Positions 10,301 to 17,402 of a DNA stretch of 64,000 nucleotides are shown in pieces. A program made the position numbers and the translations under genes. Every line of letters starts with the position of its first letter. Positions within the stretch are counted from its first letter, which is position 1. The notes under the pieces were generated by a model that ran no database searches, was not told where the DNA came from, and saw only the letters and a program-made list of their open reading frames with translations. This DNA is from Gemmatimonadales bacterium (GTDB lineage Bacteria > Gemmatimonadota > Gemmatimonadetes > Gemmatimonadales > GWC2-71-9): the NCBI GenBank assembly GCA_041615815.1, contig JBFJCP010000016.1:1-64000 (forward strand), read 5' to 3'.

Positions 10301-10917
10301 AACGACGGGGCCTTCGGCTCGGTGAACACCGCACGCGAGTCCCTCTCGAGACGGAGATAGGTGGTCACGAGATCCTCGCCAAGCAGCAGGAGCGAGGGTT
10401 CGTCCGCGATGAGGCGGTGCGCGACGAGCACGAGCACATGCTCTCGGCGCGGCATGTGCACGATCGTGGCATCCAGCAGCGGCGGCGACCCAAGGTCGAA
10501 CTCTTTTCCGGCCGCCATGGCGACGAGCGCATCGCAGTGCGCCTCCGCGTCCCCAACCGTCTCCGCCGAAAGGTCGACGGTGCGGACACTCCCCGGAGCA
10601 GTCCGGAGCGTGTGTTGCATGGGCGGACCGTTGCGGACGGTGAAGCCGGTGCGCAGGGCGTCATGACGGACCAGGAGCGCGTCCAGGGCTGTGCCCAGCA
10701 CCGCGCGGTCCACCACACCGGTCAACCGCAGCCGGGCCACGACGTTGCGGATTCCCTGCTGGTGGGGCCCGTGTTGCAGATGCCAGATACGATCCTGCTC
10801 GGCGGACAGCCGAAACTCGCCCGCGCGGCCCGGAACCCCAGGCACGGCCGTCCGAGGTCGGTACCGGCCCCGGAGACGATCGAGCGTATCCATGGATGAC
10901 GTCATGGGCGGGCGCAT
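4390..10917 (-). CDS. NRPS subunit 1, two modules C*-A-T-C*-A-T, both C domains non-canonical
   Basis: Two A domains (YTSGSTGRPKG; YTSASTGTPKG) and two T domains (GGDSL; GGHSL). C motifs read HRLIADE and QEIILDL. Confidence 0.96.
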   Translation of the reverse strand: MRPPMTSSMDTLDRLRGRYRPRTAVPGVPGRAGEFRLSAEQDRIWHLQHGPHQQGIRNVVARLRLTGVVDRAVLGTALDALLVRHDALRTGFTVRNGPPMQHTLRTAPGSVRTVDLSAETVGDAEAHCDALVAMAAGKEFDLGSPPLLDATIVHMPRREHVLVLVAHRLIADEPSLLLLGEDLVTTYLRLERDSRAVFTEPKAPSFRAWLDGPSGPQRGIEPERLHLPGHAIHADGPPTARTAPLSLPAPTLEGLDTVATEVGTTVHVLLLTAVVALLGRYSDEDRVTVWLARRDAPAEGGDGIVGPLEQRQPITVELSSGGSFRAWSQQVAAQLEAAETQPSTPVAPPRPQVGFTVRHRSALLSNAAQRLVVTEVEVVPVGPECDLEVVVEEGDGVPRAVVRYASDVFGAADAARLAGHLEQLLDGAITEPDQPPSTVSLLSSSETQQLAEWDARHDEPPTRALHELFEAHVAETPEAIAITFGEGHVTYDELNREANRVAHRLVADGVQAQQPVAVLLENGPQQVTAMLGVLKTGAAFVCLDPVHPTRRLLEILEETETEFLIADARALARHPDLAAWVERAAAHVVMMDADAEEPAENAIFAELAAENPGLDVDPSGVAYIVYTSGSTGRPKGIVQSHRSFVQFVTWQSDQFHIGASERWAQWASIAYDASYCEIFGTLCFGATLCMASEAVRYDPTALADWVRREGITILQIVPSFCRELVEVLRQHAEGDGHPLPSVRLLLLAGEVLPVDLARDLLRFPDAPALYNLYGPSETVLASYHHVDRVSPGDQSVPVGRPIRGRQILILDKAGLPCPIGVQGELFIRSPYLTLGYFKREQETASRFLDHSLPDGDADPVFRTGDLGRWTPDGTIEFLGRRDNLVKLRGIRVELGDVEASVRRHPAVANCAALVRTARSGRGTLVAKERDVRASGGAEGKKVLVAYYTTRESLAPSALRQFLESELPAHMIPQQLIQLDALPLNANRKLDVQALPEPDVVRPELAEPYTAPRTPREERVAAIWAEVLGLERVGVHDGFFELGGDSLLAMQVLNRLRQVFDASVSFRDLFEHGTVAQLAERLGEEVQEGVLQQLGGAERDGRTAYPLSLAQQGVWFLWRLEPESPYYTAQGTIHIRGDLDLAALREAWRGVVERHDVLRARFATEGDRPVQIFDDRRCAELSVVDLTHLPEAERLSHLQARAAVKGRRALDLELDALLQPELFKLAEDHHELLITFQEIILDLWGISVIVKDLGELYRRIRQGESEPLPALPVGFGDYVLWEQERLQRDKLRAQELYWQEQLAGELPILALPVDRPRSNTPTYRGAAQTAMLEAELTGRLRALSTDANATLFMTLLAASYVLLQRYSGQDDVIIGSPIANRTAAHSEAIVGFFLNMLPLRALLDDDPTFLELMERVRARVTGAISNAEYPFMWMAEGTRTARDTSVSPVFQVMFNMLNLPHTACEVEGLTLSFSELDTGYTKYDMSFYAQEQGERLFVQIAYLSDLFDEATVARMVANYEALLRSVVENPNRPISTLPVVSEAERQALLEEMNDTHRDFDLSAGIAELFEAQVRRTPDEPALLWEGQSISYVELNERANQLAHYLRAREVSTGTRVALCLPRSFDMMVAILGVLKAGGTYVALEPTYPTPRLEAILDDAEPDVLIVHSTLNRFTDFADTTIVLDVEQSAIGQERLEDPTPVTTPDSVLNVVYTSASTGTPKGALITMRAVLNRLRWMWEEFPFRDGDVALLQKSYALVAATWECFGGLLVGIPTVILSQDEIIDPAAIWRRLVTHGVSHVLASPAFFEGILDQAEQHPEEWQTLRFASTSAEPIPVSMVARWRRCFDDVPLLNLYGSTECSSNVTVYDTRQLSLSAERVPIGKPLANTRVYVLDERLRPVPQGATGEMCVAGACLANGYLNLPALTAERFIENPFAEGSYDRLFRTGDLARVRNDGQLELIGRRDHQVKIRGFRVELADVEQALHRHPEVRRCAVALWESEGRSRLVAYVVGADGLRQPTLWRFLRERLPDYMVPAQYVFLERLPLTPNGKVDRAALPVPEQGTSAATGRAPQSSAERFVHGIWQQVLAVETLGIDDNFFELGGHSLLATQVVSRLRDWFQIEVPVRGLFEHPTVAGLVGELADLVGGREVVDEIADTLLVVEGLSDDEVRAQLSE

Positions 10918-10932
10918 TCGGAGGACTCTCGC

Positions 10933-12462
10933 TCAGGCCAACCCGAGCTCGGTAGCCCACGAATGGCGGCGGCGGCGGAAGCACTCGTGTGCCGCGTTGA
11001 TGTCGTCCGCCATCACGCGGTCTTTGTCGAGGAAGGTGACATGCTGGCGAAACTCGTCAAAAATCTCCTGCGTGATGGGTGAGAGTCGCAGCTCCTTGTT
11101 GAGCTCGATCGCTTGGGCTGCCGTCATCAACTCGATGGCCATGATGTAGGTCGCGTTCTCTACCACCGTCATGAGCTTGTACGCAGATGTCCCACCCATG
11201 CTGACGTGATCCTCCTGGAGCTGACAGGTGGGAATGGTATCCACGCTCGCCGGTGTGCACAGCACCTTGTTCTCGTTGACCAGCGCTGCCGACGTATACT
11301 GGGCAATCATGAAACCGGAATTGAGTCCGGGCTTGTTCACGAGGAAATCGGGCAGCCCCCGCTGTCCGGAGAGCAGCTGATAGGTGCGCCGTTCCGAGAT
11401 ATTGGCCAGCTCGCTGGTCGCCATGGCCAAAAAGTCGAGCATGAACGCCGGCGATTCGCCGTGGAGATTGCCGCCGAAGAGAATCGTATCCTCATCCGGG
11501 AAGAACAGCGGATTGTCCGACACACCGTTCAACTCTTGCTCGATCACCTGGGTCGCAAAGTTCACGACCTGCCGAATAGCGCCATGCACCTGCGGGGTGC
11601 ATCGGAACGAATACGGATCCTGCTTCGACTGATTGCATGTGGGGAGCTCGTGATGATTGCTGCCCTCGAGCAGCTTCACCATGTTCCGCGCCACGGTGCT
11701 CCGCTCGGCGTGGTGCGACGTGCTGTGATAGAGCGGCTGATAGAACGTCTCGGAGGTGCTGAACGCCTGCGAGCTGAGAGCGGCCAAAAGGTCGGCGCAC
11801 TTCACCAAATCCACGATCTGCAGCAGGCACTCGACGGCGATGGCCGTGATGTACTGCACACCGTTGGTCAGCGCCAAGCCCTCTTTCGGCTTGAGCCGGA
11901 GCGGCGCGGCCCCGAGCGCCTTCAAGGCCTCTGCCCCATCGATCGTGGTGCCGTTCCGATGGACCTGACCGAGACCGAGCAACGGGAGCGCCATATGGGC
12001 AAGGGGTGCCAGGTCTCCGCTGGCCCCCACCGTGCCCTTCTTCGGAATCACGGGAATCAGTTCCTGATTCCACAGTTCGAGCAGCCTTGTCACGGGATCG
12101 AGCGAGATACCGGTGTGACCGCTCCGAAAGGTGAGCAGCTTGATGAGCAGCGTCAGCCGGGAGATGCGCTCCGGAACGGCCTCCCCCACACCTACCGCGT
12201 GCGACACGACGTGGTTGAACTGCAGCGCCTCCATCTCGTCGCCCGCCACCCGCGTCTCGCAGAGCGAGCCGAAGCCCGTATTCGTACCGTAGATGTAGCG
12301 ATCTTCGGCTGCTTTGGCGCGCACGAACTCCGCCCCTCGATTGATTCTCGCTTGAACCGCCGACGACAGTGCGAGGCGAGGTCTTTCCTCGACCAGACGA
12401 CCGAGGTCACCCAGCGAGTAGTAGTCCATCGAGACCGCATGAGTCTTGGTGGCTGTCACCAT
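10933..12462 (-). CDS. MIO-dependent aromatic amino acid lyase/aminomutase family enzyme, histidine ammonia-lyase-like
   Basis: YGTNTGFG, VSHAVGVG, GTVGASGDLAPLAH (MIO-forming ASG), QDPYSFRC, GFMIAQY, QEDHVSM. Start moved to ATG 12462 (GGAGG upstream), giving 509 aa. Confidence 0.95.
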   Translation of the reverse strand: MVTATKTHAVSMDYYSLGDLGRLVEERPRLALSSAVQARINRGAEFVRAKAAEDRYIYGTNTGFGSLCETRVAGDEMEALQFNHVVSHAVGVGEAVPERISRLTLLIKLLTFRSGHTGISLDPVTRLLELWNQELIPVIPKKGTVGASGDLAPLAHMALPLLGLGQVHRNGTTIDGAEALKALGAAPLRLKPKEGLALTNGVQYITAIAVECLLQIVDLVKCADLLAALSSQAFSTSETFYQPLYHSTSHHAERSTVARNMVKLLEGSNHHELPTCNQSKQDPYSFRCTPQVHGAIRQVVNFATQVIEQELNGVSDNPLFFPDEDTILFGGNLHGESPAFMLDFLAMATSELANISERRTYQLLSGQRGLPDFLVNKPGLNSGFMIAQYTSAALVNENKVLCTPASVDTIPTCQLQEDHVSMGGTSAYKLMTVVENATYIMAIELMTAAQAIELNKELRLSPITQEIFDEFRQHVTFLDKDRVMADDINAAHECFRRRRHSWATELGLA

Positions 12463-12484
12463 GCTCCGTAGCTCCTCCGACACA

Positions 12485-13471
12485 TCAGGCAGATCGTAGC
12501 CGCTGTCGTTGCGACCTCCGTTCGAGTTGTTCCAGGCAATCTCGGATCGCCCCGTAGTCCTCGTCGGCCAGCTTTTGACCGTGCGAGAACGGGAAGGATT
12601 CTGGAATCTCGCGGAATGGCTCGACCGGCGCACCGTGCTCGTTCATGAACGTGGCGATCCGCGCCAGCTCGGACCGTGGCCGCTCACAGACGTCGCGGTA
12701 GCGGACCTCGAGAAACCGGTCGTTCCCTACCGCGCGGCGTTGCCGCTCGAGGTGTTCCCGCACGTAAAACACTTGCTTACACACTTGATGACTCAACGCC
12801 TCGCCGCTGATCTCATCGCACTCGGGCGGTCGCCCGCCGAACCAGTCGGGATAGTCGGTCTGCCGCGCACGAAAGATCGATTGCGCGGTGTCCGCGAGAT
12901 CACGACTCACGAGAATAAAGATTGCCCGGGGAAAGATCCGGACCAGCGCCTCGATTCTGAGGTTCAGCGAACAGGTCTTGTTTACGAACGGCAACCGGAA
13001 AACACGCTCGGTATCCGCCACGGCCCGGTACATCTTCTCGATCTGCGTGGGCGTCAGGGTCTTCGCAGCCACTGCGTCGTACTTCGTGCCAAAATAATGT
13101 CCCCAGATCTGTTCACCCTCAGCCGGAGCGCTCTTTCCGCGAATCTGGCCGAAGCGGCTCTGGAAGGGGGCAGCCTCGTAATGATCGTCCGTGGGGGGCG
13201 ACCCGCAGAAGAGATGGACCATCCGCGCCGTGGTATACGGCAGCGGCCGTCCAAGGAGCCGGAACGATTCGCCCATCAGATTGGTGAAGTGACACGTGGT
13301 GAGCCCCCACGAAACCACCTGCCGAGTCACGGTGGTGCCGCTCCGCGCCGGCCCGACGATGAACGTCGGGGGAAAGCGGAGCTCGTAGGGACGCCGCGGG
13401 AACCGCTCCACGACTTGCAGGAGCCGGTACATGGACCTGCGGGCGGCAATTGCGAGTTTCCATCGCTTCAC
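12485..13471 (-). CDS. Sulfotransferase family protein
   Basis: 5'-PSB-like FIVGPARSGTT and 3'-PB-like ILVSRDLADTAQS. GTG start overlaps the thioesterase stop (GTGA) with a GGAGG RBS. Confidence 0.88.
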   Translation of the reverse strand: MKRWKLAIAARRSMYRLLQVVERFPRRPYELRFPPTFIVGPARSGTTVTRQVVSWGLTTCHFTNLMGESFRLLGRPLPYTTARMVHLFCGSPPTDDHYEAAPFQSRFGQIRGKSAPAEGEQIWGHYFGTKYDAVAAKTLTPTQIEKMYRAVADTERVFRLPFVNKTCSLNLRIEALVRIFPRAIFILVSRDLADTAQSIFRARQTDYPDWFGGRPPECDEISGEALSHQVCKQVFYVREHLERQRRAVGNDRFLEVRYRDVCERPRSELARIATFMNEHGAPVEPFREIPESFPFSHGQKLADEDYGAIRDCLEQLERRSQRQRLRSA

Positions 13472-14313
13472 CCGGCACCTCCCCACAGCCACGCCGCGAG
13501 ATCCTGCGCCACTGTCTCAAGCACATCAGCGCGCGCGTCTTGGAGAAAGAAATGCCCTCCGGGAAAGAGTCGGACCGCCGCCACGCTGTCCGTGTGGACG
13601 CGCCACCCCTCGAGCTCCCCGACGGGCACGAGCTGATCCTTTTCACCGCCGAGGATCGAGATGGGACACGCAAGCGGATGCTCGGTTCGGTGCTCATAGG
13701 TTTCGAAAACCCGAAAATCGGCCCGCAGCGTGGGGAGAACGAGATCCAGGAGCTCGTCGTTCCCCAGCAACTCCTCGGGAACGGTGCCGAGCCGGCGCAA
13801 TCCCGCCACGAAGTCCTCCCGCGGGAGTCCGTGCAACGGGTTCGACCGTGGAGTTTGCGGCGCCGGGGAGCCGGCCACGAAAAGCCCCACCGGACCCGGG
13901 AGCCCGTGGCGCCTCTGCCATCGGGCGAGCTCGAAGGCAATGAGGCCACCAAGACTGTGGCCAAAGAGACAAAACGGGGTTTCCGTCCATGGCTCGAGCG
14001 CCGGACCGACTGCTTCGAGCAAGGCCGCGAGATCGTCAAGCGGCGCCTCCACCCATCGTGTCTCTCGCCCGGGGAGTTGCACTCCGCAGACCTCGATGTC
14101 CGGCGGCAGCACGTTCTCCCAACTGCGAAACGCCGAAGCGCTGCCTCCGGCATGGGGAAAACCAATCAAGCGCACTCGAGCGCCGGGCCGGGGACGCACG
14201 TACGGCACCCAGCGACTGCGGCGACTCGCGCGCGGCACGTCCACGTCTGTCGAGACCGATTGTACTCCGTCGATGATCGCCTCCTGGATTGTGTGTCGCG
14301 ATTCGCGGTTCAC
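13468..14313 (-). CDS. Type II (editing) thioesterase, GrsT-like
   Basis: FPHAGGSAS, GHSLGG nucleophile motif, LRAD, GGHFF. Confidence 0.93.
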   Translation of the reverse strand: MNRESRHTIQEAIIDGVQSVSTDVDVPRASRRSRWVPYVRPRPGARVRLIGFPHAGGSASAFRSWENVLPPDIEVCGVQLPGRETRWVEAPLDDLAALLEAVGPALEPWTETPFCLFGHSLGGLIAFELARWQRRHGLPGPVGLFVAGSPAPQTPRSNPLHGLPREDFVAGLRRLGTVPEELLGNDELLDLVLPTLRADFRVFETYEHRTEHPLACPISILGGEKDQLVPVGELEGWRVHTDSVAAVRLFPGGHFFLQDARADVLETVAQDLAAWLWGGAG

Positions 14314-14663
14314 GGCGTGGCCCCTACTGAACGACCGAGGGCTCGGGAGGCCACACGCTCCATACCTTGAGGCTTCAGCATCTGAGCAAGCTTGGAGCCA
14401 TCCAGCGCGCGCGGATTGACCCGATTGTGAGTCTCTAACTGTTGTAGAGCCAGTAAGTTACGTGACTTGGCGCCAACGACGTGGGAGGGTGGTGGCTTCT
14501 TGGGTGTGGCGGAGATGCAACATGCGGGTGGGTCTCGACGTCGCCGAGCGAGGGATTCGGGCTAGGGGTTAGGGGCGACGATACGCTGGGGATCGGGGAT
14601 CGGGCAAGAAGTTCCCCCCCCACTAGATCGGATGCGAACCCGCGGGACCCGCAACGTGAGCGC

Positions 14664-15512
14664 CTAACGGACACTCTCTGGACGCTCGGGCTGCTTCCCC
14701 TCCTCCACCCAGGGTTTGCAACAGTCGTCCAGTAAATACTTCCAGCCCGCCGCCATATGTTGCTCGACCTCGGGAGCGAGCGCACCAAAGAGACTGTCTC
14801 GGAACTGTACCAGCGTCGCGGCGTCCTCGGACTTCAGCGTAAAGGACGTTATCGACCGTCCGGGACCCCCGAACTCCGCCGGGAGATCGCCCACCCACTG
14901 CAGCACCTCACCGCTCCGCACGGTCGTGACGGTAGCCCAGAGCGCTCCCTCCCCACCCCCCCAATCCTCGTAGACGCGACCGCCCACCCGTGGCTCGATC
15001 CGAAACGCCACCGGCGACGTTCCCACGTAGAACTTCTTGGGCCACCATGCAGCGATCTCCTCGACCAGGGCCCCCCACACCCGGGACCGCGGCGCGTCGA
15101 TCCGCGCCTCGAGCTGGACGTCCACGGTCCGAAAACCACGTTCTGTCTTGGTCTGTGTCATCGGCGTCTCTCCCGGCAGCCGCTCCGCGATCGCCTTCAG
15201 CCGCAACAGTCGCTGCGGCGACTCACCCTCGAACGGGCGGATCCATCGTCGTGCGATCTGCTGGATAGGTACAGGGTTCAGGTGGTTCCACCGCTCCCGG
15301 CCACGGCGACGCACGAATACCAGCCCAGCCTCGACCAGCACTTGTAGGTGCTTCATGACGCCAAATCGGCTCACGGGAAACTCGTTGGCGAGATCGCCGG
15401 TGGTTCGCGGACGTTCACGAAGCAAGTCCAGAATGGCCCGGCGCGTGGGGTCGGCCAACGCCTTCCAGGCGGGAGGATCGTCCGTACGGCGCTGTTGCAG
15501 AGGCTGGAACAT
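14664..15512 (-). CDS. ArsR-family HTH regulator fused to an SRPBCC/AHSA1 domain
   Basis: WKALADPTRRAILDLL...VMKHLQVLVEAGLV followed by IDAPRSRVW...GW. Confidence 0.9.
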   Translation of the reverse strand: MFQPLQQRRTDDPPAWKALADPTRRAILDLLRERPRTTGDLANEFPVSRFGVMKHLQVLVEAGLVFVRRRGRERWNHLNPVPIQQIARRWIRPFEGESPQRLLRLKAIAERLPGETPMTQTKTERGFRTVDVQLEARIDAPRSRVWGALVEEIAAWWPKKFYVGTSPVAFRIEPRVGGRVYEDWGGGEGALWATVTTVRSGEVLQWVGDLPAEFGGPGRSITSFTLKSEDAATLVQFRDSLFGALAPEVEQHMAAGWKYLLDDCCKPWVEEGKQPERPESVR

Positions 15513-15547
15513 ATGTGACTATATAGTCACATATCTCATGCTGTCAA
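15511..15547 (-). promoter_or_regulatory. Sigma70-type promoter (TTGACA-N18-TATAGT) overlapped by a perfect 24-bp palindrome, probable ArsR operator
   Basis: ATATGTGACTAT|ATAGTCACATAT at 15511-15534. -35 at 15547-15542, -10 at 15523-15518, ATG 5 nt downstream. Confidence 0.8.
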
Positions 15548-15616
15548 GGTGACACAATTCACGGTCTCGGCACCCCTGCCCTTCTACGTTCAGAACGCCT
15601 CCCGAGGACAGGACGG

Positions 15617-15958
15617 ATGCGATCACGCTTGATGTTGGCCACCGCCTTCGCGCTGCTCAGCAGCACTGCACTCACCACGGCGGCCCTTGCGCAGGGTCCC
15701 AAGGGGTACGCGGTGACCCCTGATCAGGCGGTGGTCGTCGTCAAAGGTGTCCTCATGCATCAGGGATTCCGGATTGTGCGTCTCGAAAAGCGCGGCTCTG
15801 ATGTGCTGGTGTACTATCGGCGGGGGAACATGGGGAAGGGCAAAGGCCAGGGTCCGCCCATGCGTCTCGTGATTCGGCGGATCGAGGATCGCGTCGTCTT
15901 CGAGGAAACGCCGGCCGACATCCTCGTCGATATCGATGTGCACCTCCGGTTGCCATAA
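15617..15958 (+). CDS. Secreted hypothetical protein
   Basis: Signal peptide ending ALA-Q; AGGA upstream. Confidence 0.7.
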   Translation: MRSRLMLATAFALLSSTALTTAALAQGPKGYAVTPDQAVVVVKGVLMHQGFRIVRLEKRGSDVLVYYRRGNMGKGKGQGPPMRLVIRRIEDRVVFEETPADILVDIDVHLRLP

Positions 15959-16058
15959 CCGCTGAGCCGGAGCCCGCGCCGCGTAGCACCACCGTTCATT
16001 CGTTGGACCGATTCTTGCCTTCCGTGGACGCGTTCCCTGTCCACGGATCCGCGCCCCC

Positions 16059-17297
16059 GTGTCATTACACGCTCCACACCCCGCTTTTGTCTGGGGCACG
16101 GGCTATCATGGCCTTGCCGTCTGTCGCAGTCTCGGCCGTCGCGGGATCCCGGTGGTCGTCTTCACCGGTTCGCCTCACGATATCGTTGCGCAATCACGAT
16201 ACGTGACGCGCGTCGTCCCGCTCACGGAACCCTTGAACGCTGCGGACTTCGTCACGGTCGCGTCCGAGGAATCGGCGCGGTTCCGGCGCCAACCGGTCTT
16301 CATCCCCATTCAGGATGCCTATCTCGAACTGATCTCGTCGCAGCGTGATCGACTCGCAGCACACGGTCTCGTCGATCTCCCGCCGCACGCACGGGTGGAG
16401 ATCGTGTCGGACAAGGCCCGCTTTGCGCAGCGATGTCGGCGTGCGGGGCTACCGATTCCGCACACGCAGGTGCTCGCGGCGCACGAAGACCTGGTACCCG
16501 CTGCGGAGCAACTTCCCTTCCCAGCCGTGCTCAAACCCACCAAATCGGTCGTCTGGGAGCAGCCGCGTGTGGTCGAGGCGTTCCACCGCGACAAGATTCT
16601 GATCGTGCACGACAAAGCCACGTTTCTCGCACAAGGAAGGCGTCTCTTGACGATCGCCGGCCCTCTCGTGGCGCAAGAGCTGGTGCCCGGACCATCCAAA
16701 CAGGAATTCGATTACCTCTCGTTCCGAAGCGAGGACTCCCATCGCTCCGTGGGACTCCTCACCGAGAAGCTCCGCCAACTCCCCATCACGGGCGGCAGCG
16801 GGAGCCTGCGTCGCCTCGTCGTACGATCCCGTCTGGAGAGCCTGGCGCACGACGCCCTCGACGCGCTCGGATGGACCGGTCCATCGGAGGTGAGCCTCAA
16901 GGTCGACGCTCGAACAGATACGCCGCGACTCATCGAGGTAAACGGGCGGCTCCCAGCCTGGTGTGCCCTGGCCTCCTGGTGCGACGTGGACTTTCCGCAC
17001 CTTGTTTATCGCAGTGCCATCGGGGATCACGGTGCCCGCCCTCCGCAGCCTTCGCGGCCGCGCGGGTACTGGATGGTGCTCGACATGGACGTGCGCGCGG
17101 CTCGGTCCGAAATGCGGGCGGGTGGGCTCTCGGTGATGGCGTGGCTCCGGTCGCTTCTGCGGGTTCGCTCGTGTGCGGAGCTCGCCCGAGACGATTGGAC
17201 ACCCATCGTCTGGGCGCTGAAGCGATTGATCCGCGCGCCGTGGGCACAACTTGCATCCACCATTCGCCGCCTGATTCCCGTTCGAGACACGGCCTGA
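16059..17297 (+). CDS. ATP-grasp carboxylate-amine ligase (D-aspartate ligase-like)
   Basis: DKARF, FPAVLKP, QELVPG, LIEVNGR; N-terminal GLAVCRSLGRRGI. Confidence 0.85.
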   Translation: MSLHAPHPAFVWGTGYHGLAVCRSLGRRGIPVVVFTGSPHDIVAQSRYVTRVVPLTEPLNAADFVTVASEESARFRRQPVFIPIQDAYLELISSQRDRLAAHGLVDLPPHARVEIVSDKARFAQRCRRAGLPIPHTQVLAAHEDLVPAAEQLPFPAVLKPTKSVVWEQPRVVEAFHRDKILIVHDKATFLAQGRRLLTIAGPLVAQELVPGPSKQEFDYLSFRSEDSHRSVGLLTEKLRQLPITGGSGSLRRLVVRSRLESLAHDALDALGWTGPSEVSLKVDARTDTPRLIEVNGRLPAWCALASWCDVDFPHLVYRSAIGDHGARPPQPSRPRGYWMVLDMDVRAARSEMRAGGLSVMAWLRSLLRVRSCAELARDDWTPIVWALKRLIRAPWAQLASTIRRLIPVRDTA

Positions 17298-17402
17298 GGC
17301 TGCGCGCCCCCCCAAGGCGCCCGTCTCTTACGGCCTCTTCGCTCCTCCACCATCTTTGCACGTCATCCCGTCTCGACCGTTGGCCGGAGAGGAGCGCGCA
17401 TA

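Noticed and set aside
10933..12462. Catabolic hutH of a histidine utilisation operon
   Set aside because: No urocanase, imidazolonepropionase or HutC gene nearby, and the gene is embedded in an NRPS operon, so no symbol was assigned. The SH motif alone is not diagnostic because tyrosine aminomutases can also have His there.
255..14420. Many long plus-strand ORFs opposite the NRPS cluster (e.g. 2561-3751, 11113-12471)
   Set aside because: Antisense shadows of GC-rich genes, with no motifs or RBS.
14480..14660. G-rich short repeats (TAGGGG, GGGGATC) as a functional element
   Set aside because: Only two to three imperfect units with no supportable structure.
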